Origin: Flavisolibacter sp.
GTDB lineage: Bacteria; Bacteroidota; Bacteroidia; Chitinophagales; Chitinophagaceae
Direction of reading: 5' to 3'
Length of the DNA: 64,000 nucleotides
NCBI GenBank assembly: GCA_035998945.1
Contig: DASYHD010000040.1
Coordinates: 57,062-121,061 of the forward strand
In this document: one piece after another, positions 38,447 to 48,232 of the stretch
Layout: each line of letters opens with the position of its first letter
How positions within the stretch are numbered: position 1 is the first letter of the stretch
Program-made: the position numbers and the translations under genes
Notes under the pieces: generated by a model
Told to the model about the DNA's origin: nothing
The model's input: only the letters and a program-made list of their open reading frames with translations
The model's database searches: none

Positions 38447-39535
38447 ATGAAAAAACAAAGGATTGAAAAAGAAGAGATTAGAAGTGAGCAGAGAGGTGCA
38501 GCCTTTGCCCGGGAACTCCTTCGGTGGAACCGGTATGAGAACAACCGTTCCATGCCCTGGAAAGGAGAGAAAGATCCTTACAAGATCTGGCTGAGTGAAG
38601 TGATACTGCAGCAAACAAGGGTAGAGCAGGGGCTGAAATATTATCAAAACTTTATTAGCACCTTTCCTGATGTACATGCGCTTGCCTCAGCCCCGGAAGA
38701 AAAGGTATTTAAGCTTTGGGAAGGACTGGGATATTATTCCCGTTGCCGAAACCTCATTCATGCAGCAAAATATATTTCAGAAGAATTAAAAGGACGCTTC
38801 CCGCAAACATATGAGGACATTCTGGCCCTGAAAGGTGTGGGTGCTTATACGGCCGCAGCCATTGCTTCGTTTGCATATAACCAGCCGTATGCGGTATTGG
38901 ATGGCAATGTGTTCCGGGTGCTGTCACGCATTTTTGATAAAGAGGTTCCGGTGGATTCTACAGCGGGTAAAAAAGAGTATGCTGCATTGGCACAGGCTGT
39001 TCTTCCTGAACAAAATGCAGGCGAGTACAACCAGGCCATCATGGATTTTGGCGCTACCATCTGCAAGCCCTCTCCACTTTGCGATGATTGTTTTTTTACC
39101 CAAGACTGTCTTGCTTATTTATCGGGCAAACAGCAATTGTTGCCGGTTAAAGAAAAAAAGCTGACACTAAAAAAGCGCTGGCTAAATTATTTTCTGGTAC
39201 AGTGCGGTAACGAAATGTTGATTCAGCAACGAACAGGTAAAGATATCTGGCAGAGCCTCCACCAGGGGTTTTTAATTGAAACCGAAAGAGCTTTCTCTTC
39301 CGGTGCTCTGCAGCAATTGTTTCAGCAGCAAAGCGGCTTCACGCAGTATCATATTCTGCAGGAATGGAAAAAGAAGCAGGCGCTTTCGCATCAAAGCATC
39401 TGTTTCCATTTATTTCACGTAAAGGTCACACGTAAGAAAAAGGTAGAAGGCTATCAGTGGGTACACCGTGATGAATTGCGGCAACTGGCTTTTCCCAGAA
39501 CATTGCAGCATATTGTAGAGGCGTTGTTTGGTTAG
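38447..39535 (+). CDS. mutY: A/G-specific adenine glycosylase
   Basis: IWLSEVILQQTRV, WEGLGYYSR, HhH LKGVGAYTA, LDGNVFRV, Fe-S Cys cluster. Confidence 0.96.
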   Translation: MKKQRIEKEEIRSEQRGAAFARELLRWNRYENNRSMPWKGEKDPYKIWLSEVILQQTRVEQGLKYYQNFISTFPDVHALASAPEEKVFKLWEGLGYYSRCRNLIHAAKYISEELKGRFPQTYEDILALKGVGAYTAAAIASFAYNQPYAVLDGNVFRVLSRIFDKEVPVDSTAGKKEYAALAQAVLPEQNAGEYNQAIMDFGATICKPSPLCDDCFFTQDCLAYLSGKQQLLPVKEKKLTLKKRWLNYFLVQCGNEMLIQQRTGKDIWQSLHQGFLIETERAFSSGALQQLFQQQSGFTQYHILQEWKKKQALSHQSICFHLFHVKVTRKKKVEGYQWVHRDELRQLAFPRTLQHIVEALFG

Positions 39536-39568
39536 CCTTAAATAGTAAAAAATGCATATATCTTTCTG

Positions 39569-39603
39569 ATTGCCAATTGCTCATTACCTATTGCAAACTG
39601 CAA
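39569..39603 (+). repeat. five degenerate heptamer repeats
   Basis: attgcca attgctc attacct attgcaa actgcaa. Confidence 0.7.
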
Positions 39604-39697
39604 CCCGGGCTATGCTGGCAGAAAATTTGATTATATTTTTTAAATTTACAGGTAGGCATAGTTAGACAGATTCAATTATCAGCAAAATCGTAATTGT

Positions 39698-40150
39698 ATG
39701 AGAGGCGTAAACAGAGTAATGCTCATTGGCAATTTAGGTAAGGACCCGGACATGCAGTACCTTGAAGGAAACATCGGGGTGGCAAAATTTCCACTGGCAA
39801 CTACAGAAACGTTTAAGGATCGATCGGGAAAGCTGGTTTCACAAACAGAATGGCATACTGTAGTGCTATGGCGTGGCCTGGCCGAACTGGCGCAGAAATA
39901 CCTGCACAAAGGTAGCCTGGTGTACATTGAAGGCCGTTTGCGTACCCGGAGCTGGGAAGACAAGGAAGGAAACCGGAAATTTGCCACGGAAGTAGTAGGC
40001 GACAACCTCATCATGCTGGACAAGCGTACGGATGGCAATATACACGCTGCACCTGGTGCCACTACTCAAAGCGATACCAGCATTGAAAGTTTCCCGGGCT
40101 CTGATTTACCCCTGGGCGATGAAGGAGATGTGCCTATTGACAAATGGTAA
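39698..40150 (+). CDS. ssb: single-stranded DNA-binding protein
   Basis: VNRVMLIGNLGKDP, TEWHTVV, VYIEGRLRTRSWED, acidic tail. Confidence 0.96.
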   Translation: MRGVNRVMLIGNLGKDPDMQYLEGNIGVAKFPLATTETFKDRSGKLVSQTEWHTVVLWRGLAELAQKYLHKGSLVYIEGRLRTRSWEDKEGNRKFATEVVGDNLIMLDKRTDGNIHAAPGATTQSDTSIESFPGSDLPLGDEGDVPIDKW

Positions 40151-40236
40151 ACAATATTGTTTATTTACATAAGGAAGTTTTTGCAGGCAGGCCATTGACC
40201 TGCCTTTCGCCTTATTTTTGAACCAAAATAATTGCT

Positions 40237-41580
40237 TTGGACGAACATTCGGTTAGCCCTCTGCTCCATATTATCCTACAAACCCCCGCAGCTTCACAGG
40301 CTACACTTTTACTGGTTGTTTTACTGTTGGTGCTCCTGTTTTTAAGCTTTCTTGTGTCAGGTGCCGAAGTAGCACTGTTCTCACTGAATGCCAAAGATGT
40401 GAACATGCTGAAAACAAAACAGCACGACGCGGCAAGGCGTATCACATCCCTGTTGGATAACCGCAAAGAAGTATACACCTCGCTACTGATAGCCGGCGGC
40501 ATTTTCAATATTTCCATCATCTTTCTGGTGTATTTGCTGCTGGAGCCCCTGCGCATTGATCCTGTTCACTTTGTTGTACCCATCAACCTGGAGCTGATGG
40601 TTAAGATCGTGATTATTGCATTCATTCTTGTTTTCATTTGCAACATTCTGCCCAAGCTGTGGGCCACCCAAAATACCCTGCGGTTTGCCTATACATCCTC
40701 TGCATTGGTAGAAGGCCTGCACTTTATATTGGGTTCGCTTAGCAGCCGTATGGTGGGCATCGCCGACAGCATCAGCAAAACCAGCGGTGCTGCCGAGTCG
40801 GAAACCGTCAGCATGCGGGAACTGGATGATGCCATTGATATTTCACAGGTAGAAACCACCCTGGAAGAGAAGAATATCCTGAAAGGTGTCATCAAGTTCG
40901 GCAACATCACCGTACGGCAGATTATGCGATCGCGGTTGGATGTGAACGGGATTGCTTATGATACACCCTTTGGTGAATTGGTGAAGAAAGTGGAAGAACT
41001 GCACTATTCCCGTTTACCGGTGTACAAAAACAATCTGGATGAAATTGTTGGCGTTATCAATACTAAAGACCTGCTGCCGCATCTGCAGGAAGAATCCTTC
41101 AACTGGCAGAATGTTATACGGCCACCGATGTTTGTACCAGAAACAAAACTGATCAGTGACCTGCTGAAAGTATTTAAGACCAAACGGGTGCATTTTGCTG
41201 TTGTAGTGGATGAATTTGGCGGCACCAGTGGTATTGTCACAATGGAAGATATCCTGGAAGAGATCATCGGCGATATACACGATGAATTTGACGAGGAAGA
41301 AAACATCGTTAAAAAAGTAGATGCCAATACTTACCTGGCTGATGCCAAAGTAATGCTACCCGATCTTTGCCGGGCCATGCGATTACCGATCGATACATTC
41401 GATGCGGTGAAAGGCGAAAGTGAGTCGCTGGGTGGTTTGATTCTGGAACTGGCGGGTGAGTTTCCGCAGGTGAATGAAAAAGTGACCAGCGGCGATTTTG
41501 ACTTCACCGTGCTGGAAACAGAAAAGAACCGGATCAAATCGGTAAAGATTTATATCAATCATATTATCAATGAAGAGTAG
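40237..41580 (+). CDS. gldE: gliding motility-associated protein GldE (CNNM/DUF21-CBS-CorC)
   Basis: SGAEVALFSL, VRQIMRSR, VVDEFGGTSGIVTMEDILEEIIG; adjacent to gldD; TTG start. Confidence 0.9.
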   Translation: MDEHSVSPLLHIILQTPAASQATLLLVVLLLVLLFLSFLVSGAEVALFSLNAKDVNMLKTKQHDAARRITSLLDNRKEVYTSLLIAGGIFNISIIFLVYLLLEPLRIDPVHFVVPINLELMVKIVIIAFILVFICNILPKLWATQNTLRFAYTSSALVEGLHFILGSLSSRMVGIADSISKTSGAAESETVSMRELDDAIDISQVETTLEEKNILKGVIKFGNITVRQIMRSRLDVNGIAYDTPFGELVKKVEELHYSRLPVYKNNLDEIVGVINTKDLLPHLQEESFNWQNVIRPPMFVPETKLISDLLKVFKTKRVHFAVVVDEFGGTSGIVTMEDILEEIIGDIHDEFDEEENIVKKVDANTYLADAKVMLPDLCRAMRLPIDTFDAVKGESESLGGLILELAGEFPQVNEKVTSGDFDFTVLETEKNRIKSVKIYINHIINEE

Positions 41581-41617
41581 AATACGTGAAACGGCAAACG
41601 TAAAATGTGAAAAAAGA

Positions 41618-42211
41618 ATGCAATTTTCATTTGCCGGTTGCCTGTTGCTGATCGCCTTTTGCTTTACAGCCTGCAACACTGATTTTGTACAGAAGGAGAG
41701 GGGGTATTTCAAGATTGATTTTCCTGAAAAAAAATACCAGGTCTTTGATCGTCCTGGTTTCCCTTACACATTCGAATACCCGGTGTACGGCAACATTGTA
41801 CAGGACTCACTTTTTTTTGATGAACAGGCCGAAAATCCCTACTGGATCAATGTTGATTTTCCGCAGTTTGATGGCCGGTTGCACCTGAGTTACAAGGAGG
41901 TTAGAAAATACCAGTTTGATTCGCTGGTGAACGACGCGTTCACAATGTCTTACAAACAACATACGTCAAGGGCCTCGGCGATTCAGTCCGAACCGTTTAC
42001 AACGCCCAACGGCGTGAGTGGTGTTTATTTCAACCTGAAGGGAAATGCCGCTACGGCTAACCAGTTTTTTGCTACCGATTCAGTGGAGCATTTTTTGCGC
42101 GGTGCCCTGTATTTCAATGCTACTCCCAACGAAGATTCGCTTCGTCCTGTGAACAACTTTTTGAAGCAGGACATGGATCACTTGATTCAGACATTGCGGT
42201 GGAAAGACTGA
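41618..42211 (+). CDS. gldD: gliding motility lipoprotein GldD
   Basis: Lipobox FTAC, GYFKIDFP, QFFATDSVEHFLRGALYF. Start moved to ATG 41618 because 41581-41612 is a heptamer repeat. Confidence 0.9.
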   Translation: MQFSFAGCLLLIAFCFTACNTDFVQKERGYFKIDFPEKKYQVFDRPGFPYTFEYPVYGNIVQDSLFFDEQAENPYWINVDFPQFDGRLHLSYKEVRKYQFDSLVNDAFTMSYKQHTSRASAIQSEPFTTPNGVSGVYFNLKGNAATANQFFATDSVEHFLRGALYFNATPNEDSLRPVNNFLKQDMDHLIQTLRWKD

Positions 42212-42214
42212 GTA

Positions 42215-42344
42215 GTGAGTGGTCAGTGGTGTGTAAAGTCTGTTCTGCAATTGGATTTCTTCATTTCCATCTGACGTTGCGAAAGCATTCAGCAGAAATT
42301 GCTGTTTTGGAGCATGTTTTAACGACTCACCACTGACCACTCAC
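42215..42344. repeat. 17-bp perfect inverted repeat of heptamer units
   Basis: gtgagtggtcagtggtg (42215-42231) and caccactgaccactcac (42328-42344). Confidence 0.85.
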
Positions 42345-42356
42345 CACTCACAATGT

Positions 42357-42364
42357 TATCTTTG
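42357..42364 (+). promoter_or_regulatory. -7 promoter element for the DUF3109-lutB unit
   Basis: TATCTTTG, 14 nt before the GTG start. Confidence 0.55.
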
Positions 42365-42378
42365 CCAAAATTGACTCC

Positions 42379-42963
42379 GTGATTGCAATCGACAATGTTC
42401 TGGTGAGTGACGATGTAGTGGAAGCAAAATTTGTTTGTGATCTGCACAAGTGCAAGGGCGGCTGTTGCGAAGACGGCGATGCCGGTGCCCCACTGGCCAA
42501 AGAAGAAAAAAAGATCCTCGATGAGGCCTTTGATGCCGTAAAGCCCTATCTCACCCCGGAGGGCCTTGCCGAAATTGAGCGCCAGGGCAAATACCTCTAC
42601 GATAAAGAATTTGGCTGGGTTACGCCAACAGTAAACGGTGCCATTTGCGCATATGGTGTTCGCGACCGCCAGGGCATTATCAAATGTGCCATTGAGCAGG
42701 CGTATTATGATGGAAAAGTAACCTGGAAAAAACCCATCAGCTGTCATCTCTATCCTATTCGCATTGTAGAAGCCAAACACGCTACCTATGTGAATTACGA
42801 ACCCCGTGAAGTCTTATGTAATCCGGCTTGTTCACTCGGTAAAAAATTAAAAATGCCGGTGTACCAGTTTTTAAAAGAGCCCCTGATTCGTAAGTTTGGG
42901 GAGGAGTTCTATGATGTTCTGCAGCAAATTGCAATTGAACATTATGACGAAAAGAAAAAATAA
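42379..42963 (+). CDS. DUF3109 family Cys-rich putative Fe-S protein
   Basis: CDLHKCKGGCC, GAP, CAIE, KPISCHLYPIR. Confidence 0.85.
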   Translation: MIAIDNVLVSDDVVEAKFVCDLHKCKGGCCEDGDAGAPLAKEEKKILDEAFDAVKPYLTPEGLAEIERQGKYLYDKEFGWVTPTVNGAICAYGVRDRQGIIKCAIEQAYYDGKVTWKKPISCHLYPIRIVEAKHATYVNYEPREVLCNPACSLGKKLKMPVYQFLKEPLIRKFGEEFYDVLQQIAIEHYDEKKK

Positions 42964-42967
42964 CTTC

Positions 42968-44350
42968 ATGTCTGAACAATCAACCTCGTTTCAAGCCAAA
43001 AGCACCATCAAAGCCACCGATAAAGAACACCGCCGCAAGATCAACTTCAATATATCCCGCTACAATGCCGTTGTGCCCAACGGCAAAAAGCAATTTACCG
43101 ATGTGCACCTGGCCCGTGAAAAAGCAAAGAACCTGAAATGGCAGGCTATTAGCACCTTAGACAAGCAACTGGAGAGTTTTGAAGCACAGATCACCGGTCG
43201 TGGCGCCAAAGTATTATGGGCCGAAACGGCCGACGATGCCCTGCAGGAAATTTTAAAAATCTGCAAGGAAAAATCCTGCACCACGCTTGTTAAGAGTAAA
43301 AGCATGGTAACGGAGGAATTGCACCTGAACAAATTCCTCGAGAAGAACGGTATTGAAAGTGTAGAAACTGATTTGGGCGAATACATCCAGCAACTGGATG
43401 GTGAGCCGCCGTACCATATTGTTACACCGGCCATGCATAAAAGCAAAGAAGATGTGGCAAAGCTTTTCAGTAACAAACTGGGAACTGACCCTGGTCTCAA
43501 TCCCAGCCAACTAACATTGGTGGCACGTGAAAAGCTGCGGGAAAAATACACCAGTGCACAAGTTGGCGTTACCGGTGCCAATTTCATTATAGCCGATACA
43601 GGCGCCATTGCCCTTACCGAAAATGAGGGAAATGGACGCTTGAGCTGCGCCTGGCCCAAAACCCATATTGTGATTGTGGGTATTGAAAAAGTGATTCCTT
43701 CTCTTACCGATCTTTCCCTGTTCTGGCCCCTGTTGGCAACATACGGAACAGGTCAAAGAGTAACTTCGTATAATTCCATTATCAGTGGCCCGCGACAAGA
43801 AGGTGAAACGGATGGCCCTGAAGAAATGTATGTGATCCTGCTCGACAACGGACGCACCAACATACTGGCTAATCCCAAAACCCGGGAATCACTTTACTGC
43901 ATCCGGTGTGGCGCCTGTCTGAACGCCTGCCCAGTTTACAAAAACATTGGTGGCCATGCGTATGAAACCACCTACAGCGGGCCCATTGGCTCTGTTATTA
44001 CCCCGCACCTCAAAGACTTGGGTGAGTGGAAGCACCTTAGTTATGCCTCCTCACTTTGTGGAAATTGCACGGAAGTATGTGCGGTGAAAATCAATCTCCA
44101 CGAACTGCTGCTCGAAAACCGCCACGAAGCGGTGGAAGATGGCAATGCTGCCATGGCCGAAAGAGTGGCATGGAAGTTTTGGAAAACTGCCATGATGAGC
44201 CGGCGATTGATGAATACAGGCTCGGGAAAAATGAAAAGCTGGGCCGTCAGCAGTTTTGTAAAAGACTGGAGCCGTCACCGCTCAAACCTTCAGTTCCCGG
44301 CCAAATCATTTAATCAGATGTGGAAAGAAAGAAATAACAAAAGGCCTTAA
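42968..44350 (+). CDS. lutB: LutB/LldF family lactate-utilisation Fe-S protein
   Basis: KSKSMVTEE, ETDLGEYI, HIVTPAMH, CIRCGACLNACP, SSLCGNCTEVC. Start moved to ATG 42968. Confidence 0.9.
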   Translation: MSEQSTSFQAKSTIKATDKEHRRKINFNISRYNAVVPNGKKQFTDVHLAREKAKNLKWQAISTLDKQLESFEAQITGRGAKVLWAETADDALQEILKICKEKSCTTLVKSKSMVTEELHLNKFLEKNGIESVETDLGEYIQQLDGEPPYHIVTPAMHKSKEDVAKLFSNKLGTDPGLNPSQLTLVAREKLREKYTSAQVGVTGANFIIADTGAIALTENEGNGRLSCAWPKTHIVIVGIEKVIPSLTDLSLFWPLLATYGTGQRVTSYNSIISGPRQEGETDGPEEMYVILLDNGRTNILANPKTRESLYCIRCGACLNACPVYKNIGGHAYETTYSGPIGSVITPHLKDLGEWKHLSYASSLCGNCTEVCAVKINLHELLLENRHEAVEDGNAAMAERVAWKFWKTAMMSRRLMNTGSGKMKSWAVSSFVKDWSRHRSNLQFPAKSFNQMWKERNNKRP

Positions 44351-44358
44351 TTTACAGT

Positions 44359-45660
44359 GTGATCATTTACAGCCATACGTTGTCGCCACGCTTACAATAC
44401 GTGGTTGATTTCCTTTCGCAATACTACAATACGCCCATCAAACTCCTGTGCGATGAGGAGAAGTATCTTGTTCATCCCGATCCGCACCGGATTAATTACA
44501 GCTATCATCGTTTGCAGGAAGGTGAAGTGTGGATTCACTCGCATGTGCTCCTGTTTGAGTCCACCATCCGGCCGGTGAAGATTGAGTGTTTTGAACACAA
44601 CAGGCACAAAGCATTTTTTAGAGCAGAAGGCGATACCGGCTTCGACCTCTTTGCCGGTATTTTCTTTTTGTTGACTCGCTACGAAGAATACCTGCCACAT
44701 CCAAAGGACATCTACGGCCGGTATGATCATCGGGCTTCGCTGGCTTTTAAAGAAAACTTTTTGCACTTGCCGCTGGTGAATCTTTGGCTGGAAAATTTCA
44801 GACAACTGCTGCAGGAGCGATTCCCGGACCTGAAACTTCCATTGCCCACGTTTCATTACAAAGCCACTTATGATATTGACATTGCATGGAGCTATAAGAA
44901 CAAGGGCTTTCAGCGAAATGCAGGAGCCATTGTCAAACTCTTTTTTACTGGCAAATGGCGGTCGATGCTGCACCGCTTCCGGGTAATCCGGGGCCGCCGG
45001 CAAGATCCCTTTGATGCGTATGAATGGATGGATGATTTGCACCGGCAGACGGGCCTGAAGCCTCTTTATTTTTTCCTGGTAGCGCAACAGCGCAGCAGGT
45101 ACGACAGAAACATTGATGTGCAGAATCCTGCCTTCCAGGACCTGGTTCGGGATGTCGCATCAAAATATGCGGTGGGCCTGCACCCCTCCTGGGCCAGTGG
45201 CGATCAGCAGCCCTTGCTGGCAAAAGAAAAAAGCTGGCTTGAAAACATCTCAGGACAACCGGTAACAGCATCGCGGCAGCATTTTTTGCGTTTCGATCTG
45301 CCCAATACGTACAGGCGTTTGATTGCTGCCGGTATCACCGATGAATATTCGATGGGTTATGGTACCATCAATGGTTTCAGGGCATCGGTTGCCACACCTT
45401 ATTACTGGTTTGATTTAAAAAATGAAAGCAAAACGGCGCTGCGTATTCATCCGTTTTGCTTTATGGATGCCAATGCATATTACGAGGAAAAAATCTCGCA
45501 TACTGACGCTTTTCAGGAGATGATGCAGTTTTATGAGGTCATTCGTTCTGTGAACGGAACAATGATCACCGTCTGGCACAACAGCTTTTTAGGCATCGAT
45601 CCGGCATTTGAGGGCTGGCGGGATGTTTACGAGCAGTTTAACCTTCGTATCAGCGAATAG
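44359..45660 (+). CDS. polysaccharide deacetylase-like protein (DUF7033 plus NodB-like)
   Basis: FFLLTRYEEY, TYDIDIAW, GLHPSW, RQHFLRF. Confidence 0.75.
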   Translation: MIIYSHTLSPRLQYVVDFLSQYYNTPIKLLCDEEKYLVHPDPHRINYSYHRLQEGEVWIHSHVLLFESTIRPVKIECFEHNRHKAFFRAEGDTGFDLFAGIFFLLTRYEEYLPHPKDIYGRYDHRASLAFKENFLHLPLVNLWLENFRQLLQERFPDLKLPLPTFHYKATYDIDIAWSYKNKGFQRNAGAIVKLFFTGKWRSMLHRFRVIRGRRQDPFDAYEWMDDLHRQTGLKPLYFFLVAQQRSRYDRNIDVQNPAFQDLVRDVASKYAVGLHPSWASGDQQPLLAKEKSWLENISGQPVTASRQHFLRFDLPNTYRRLIAAGITDEYSMGYGTINGFRASVATPYYWFDLKNESKTALRIHPFCFMDANAYYEEKISHTDAFQEMMQFYEVIRSVNGTMITVWHNSFLGIDPAFEGWRDVYEQFNLRISE

Positions 45661-45765
45661 ATGGCCTGGGGAGTGAATGGTTGATTGTGAATGGTGAATA
45701 AGAATTCTTTTACCGCAGCCTGTCTGGCTATAAATTGAAGACGTGGGGCAAGCACGATTGACACT

Positions 45766-46659
45766 TCATGCTTCACGTTTTGCCTGTTTGTTCACCATAA
45801 ATACGCCCAGCAACGTTATCAACACGCCGGCAACAATAGCACCTGTGATTTTTTCTTCAAACAAAACGGCACCGGCGAGAAACGCCACCATCGGGTTAAT
45901 GTAAGCATAGAGTGAAGCCTGCTCCGTTGGCAGGTTTTGCAGTGCATACAGGTAAGCTATAAAGGAAATCACGGATCCAAACAGCACGAGGTAAAGAATG
46001 GCAGCCCACGACTGCCAGGGAATTGCTGAAAAAGCAACGCTGTTATTGGTGGCACTGGCAATGAGGTAGAGCAGCGGACCCGAAATGATCATTTGCAGCC
46101 CCAGGGCAAAATACGGGTTAAAGCGAAGTGCATGTTCCTTGGTGTACAGCGTGCCAAAAGCCCACGACCAGGTAGAAAGCAGGGAAAGAAAAATGCCGAA
46201 ACGAAACTCTGCGTTGAAGAAGTCGTGCAGGTGTTCATAAAAGATAACGCATATGCCGGTAAAGCCCAGCACCAGCCCAATCACTGTTCCCCGTTTCATA
46301 TTGGCACGGGTGCCCCAAAAGCCAATGAGCACCAGCCACAAAGGAAAGATGGCTCCGATAATAGAGCCCAACCCTGCTGAAATGTATTTCACGCCCCAGG
46401 TAGAAAGTCCATTGCTAAGCATGAAATTCAGAATGCTTAAAACAAAGATGGGCCCCCATTCTTTGCCTTTTGGAAAACCGGTTCCCCGGAAAAGAAAATA
46501 AAGCACATAAATAAGGCCGCCCAGCGTTTGCCGGATGCCCGCCAGTTGCAGGGCTGGCATGTGCCGTACACCTTCCTTGGAAGCAATCCAGGTAGTGCCC
46601 CAGAAAAGACATACCACTCCCAGCGCAAACAGGGCTTTTGTTTTGGTGCCCCGCTGCAT
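45766..46659 (-). CDS. EamA/DMT family transporter
   Basis: About 10 TM, FWGTTW, YAYINPMVA. Start moved to ATG 46659. Confidence 0.92.
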   Translation of the reverse strand: MQRGTKTKALFALGVVCLFWGTTWIASKEGVRHMPALQLAGIRQTLGGLIYVLYFLFRGTGFPKGKEWGPIFVLSILNFMLSNGLSTWGVKYISAGLGSIIGAIFPLWLVLIGFWGTRANMKRGTVIGLVLGFTGICVIFYEHLHDFFNAEFRFGIFLSLLSTWSWAFGTLYTKEHALRFNPYFALGLQMIISGPLLYLIASATNNSVAFSAIPWQSWAAILYLVLFGSVISFIAYLYALQNLPTEQASLYAYINPMVAFLAGAVLFEEKITGAIVAGVLITLLGVFMVNKQAKREA

Positions 46660-46929
46660 AAAGTTGAATGGATTGAGCAAAGCAGCCTGGCGGGTAAATG
46701 CCACCGCTCCGTTCAATGCATCGCTGACTTTTGGAAAAGAAAAAATGAATTTTCTGCGCATGATCCCCACTCCGTTTTCGCCCCGCAAAGAAAAGAAGAA
46801 TCGCTAATGCGTTCTGCAAAATGAAGGATGAGTGGTTAGTTCAGCCTGTCGTAATTAATTAAATGAATGGCAATGACGCTGAGACAACAGGAATACATTT
46901 CAATCTCTTCGCATAACCATGCATCACGC

Positions 46930-48195
46930 TTAGTAGTCAATTTTTGTTTGCGAAGAATTGCCGCCACCGCCACCCAGGTTATCAACAAAGGCGGCCGTGC
47001 CAAGCGCAATCACAACAATAATCAGTCCTACCATAAACACCGTATACGCAATGCGCAGGTAGCGGTATTTGCGTGCCAGCACCACACCGAGATAATAAAT
47101 ATCCATCATCATGGTGTTATACAGGTATTCTTTGTCCCGGATCATCTGGTTCATACCCCACTGGTAATCTTCCAGCTGCATACGGTGAAAATTGCCAAAA
47201 AAGAGCAGGTTTGTTTTTTTATTGCGAATGTCTTCTTCCGTAAACCGTCCGCTGTTGATAGAAGGACGTGTGGCCAAAATGGCAAACGTTACGCAAACCA
47301 GACAGGTAAGCACCAGCATTACCGTTGGTATAATGTATTCTTCGTTGCCTGCTGCAATAATGCGCGGCAATCCGTACGACACTGCAACCGAGAGAATAAT
47401 TGAATTCACTGTGATCAGAATATGTGCTTTGCTGTCGGCCATGCCACTTAACTCAATATGGTTATTGGACGTGGTGCGAAACATGGTTTGTATGCCCCGC
47501 TCCGCATTTTTCTGATCCTGCGCACTGATGGCTTCTACTTCTGTGAGGTAGGGAAAAACTTTCTCCGGTTCCGCCGTTGCCGTTTCTTTTTTATCCGTTT
47601 TCTTTTTGGTAAACAGCGCCAGGTTATTTTGTTTTTTCGGTTCCAGGAATTCCTGGCCGTAATCCGTAAAATAGCGGTGGCTTGTCAAAAACTGAATGTT
47701 GCTTTTGCGCCATTCTTTTTTGTCGATCTTGTGCCCAAGCATGCTTTCTCTTTCCTGCTTCAGCAACTGGTTGCGGGCTTTGAAATCTTCTGTGGAAAGG
47801 TGAAAAAGGTCAGCATCGCACAGAATTTTTTCAATCAGGCTTACCGGCGACTGCGGCATTTTAGTGGCCTGTATACAGGAAGCAACGCGTTGAATGGTGG
47901 TATCATCTACCTGGTGACCTGTCAGGAACTGGGTAGCAATATGTACACTCACATCTTCATGTCCTTCGGCACGGCCGGCAGAATAACCGGTATCGTGAAA
48001 CCAGGCTGCCAGCATCAGCACCAACCGGTCTTCGTCGTGCAATTGATAGTGATTTGCCATATGGCTGCAGGCTTCCACCACATCCTCCGTATGTTCCAGA
48101 CTATGAAAAACAAATTCCGGATTTACTTTGTGTTGAAATACATCTGTAACGTAGGCCCGGGCTGCGCCCAACAAATGGCTGTTCGTTTCATTCAT
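46930..48195 (-). CDS. HD-domain phosphohydrolase fused to a Pycsar-type (DUF5706) membrane effector domain
   Basis: HD: FH31SLEH35, AAWFH67D68, GHE, CD127AD129L. C-terminal ADSKAHILITVNSII...NLLFFGNF...IYYLGVVLARKYRYLR with 3 hydrophobic segments. Confidence 0.85.
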   Translation of the reverse strand: MNETNSHLLGAARAYVTDVFQHKVNPEFVFHSLEHTEDVVEACSHMANHYQLHDEDRLVLMLAAWFHDTGYSAGRAEGHEDVSVHIATQFLTGHQVDDTTIQRVASCIQATKMPQSPVSLIEKILCDADLFHLSTEDFKARNQLLKQERESMLGHKIDKKEWRKSNIQFLTSHRYFTDYGQEFLEPKKQNNLALFTKKKTDKKETATAEPEKVFPYLTEVEAISAQDQKNAERGIQTMFRTTSNNHIELSGMADSKAHILITVNSIILSVAVSYGLPRIIAAGNEEYIIPTVMLVLTCLVCVTFAILATRPSINSGRFTEEDIRNKKTNLLFFGNFHRMQLEDYQWGMNQMIRDKEYLYNTMMMDIYYLGVVLARKYRYLRIAYTVFMVGLIIVVIALGTAAFVDNLGGGGGNSSQTKIDY

Positions 48196-48232
48196 GGTAC
48201 TTGGTGCATTGTTTGATAAGTAAAAGTAACAA

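Noticed and set aside
46930-48195. Calling the locus a canonical Pycsar anti-phage system
   Set aside because: There is no adjacent PycC cyclase gene and no defence-island or mobile context; only the effector-like domain is present.
47458-48216. 252-aa + strand ORF opposite HD-PycTM
   Set aside because: It is an antisense shadow with no start context or recognisable domain. The same applies to 44392-45087, 58454-59296, 15532-16191 and the other nested ORFs in the track.
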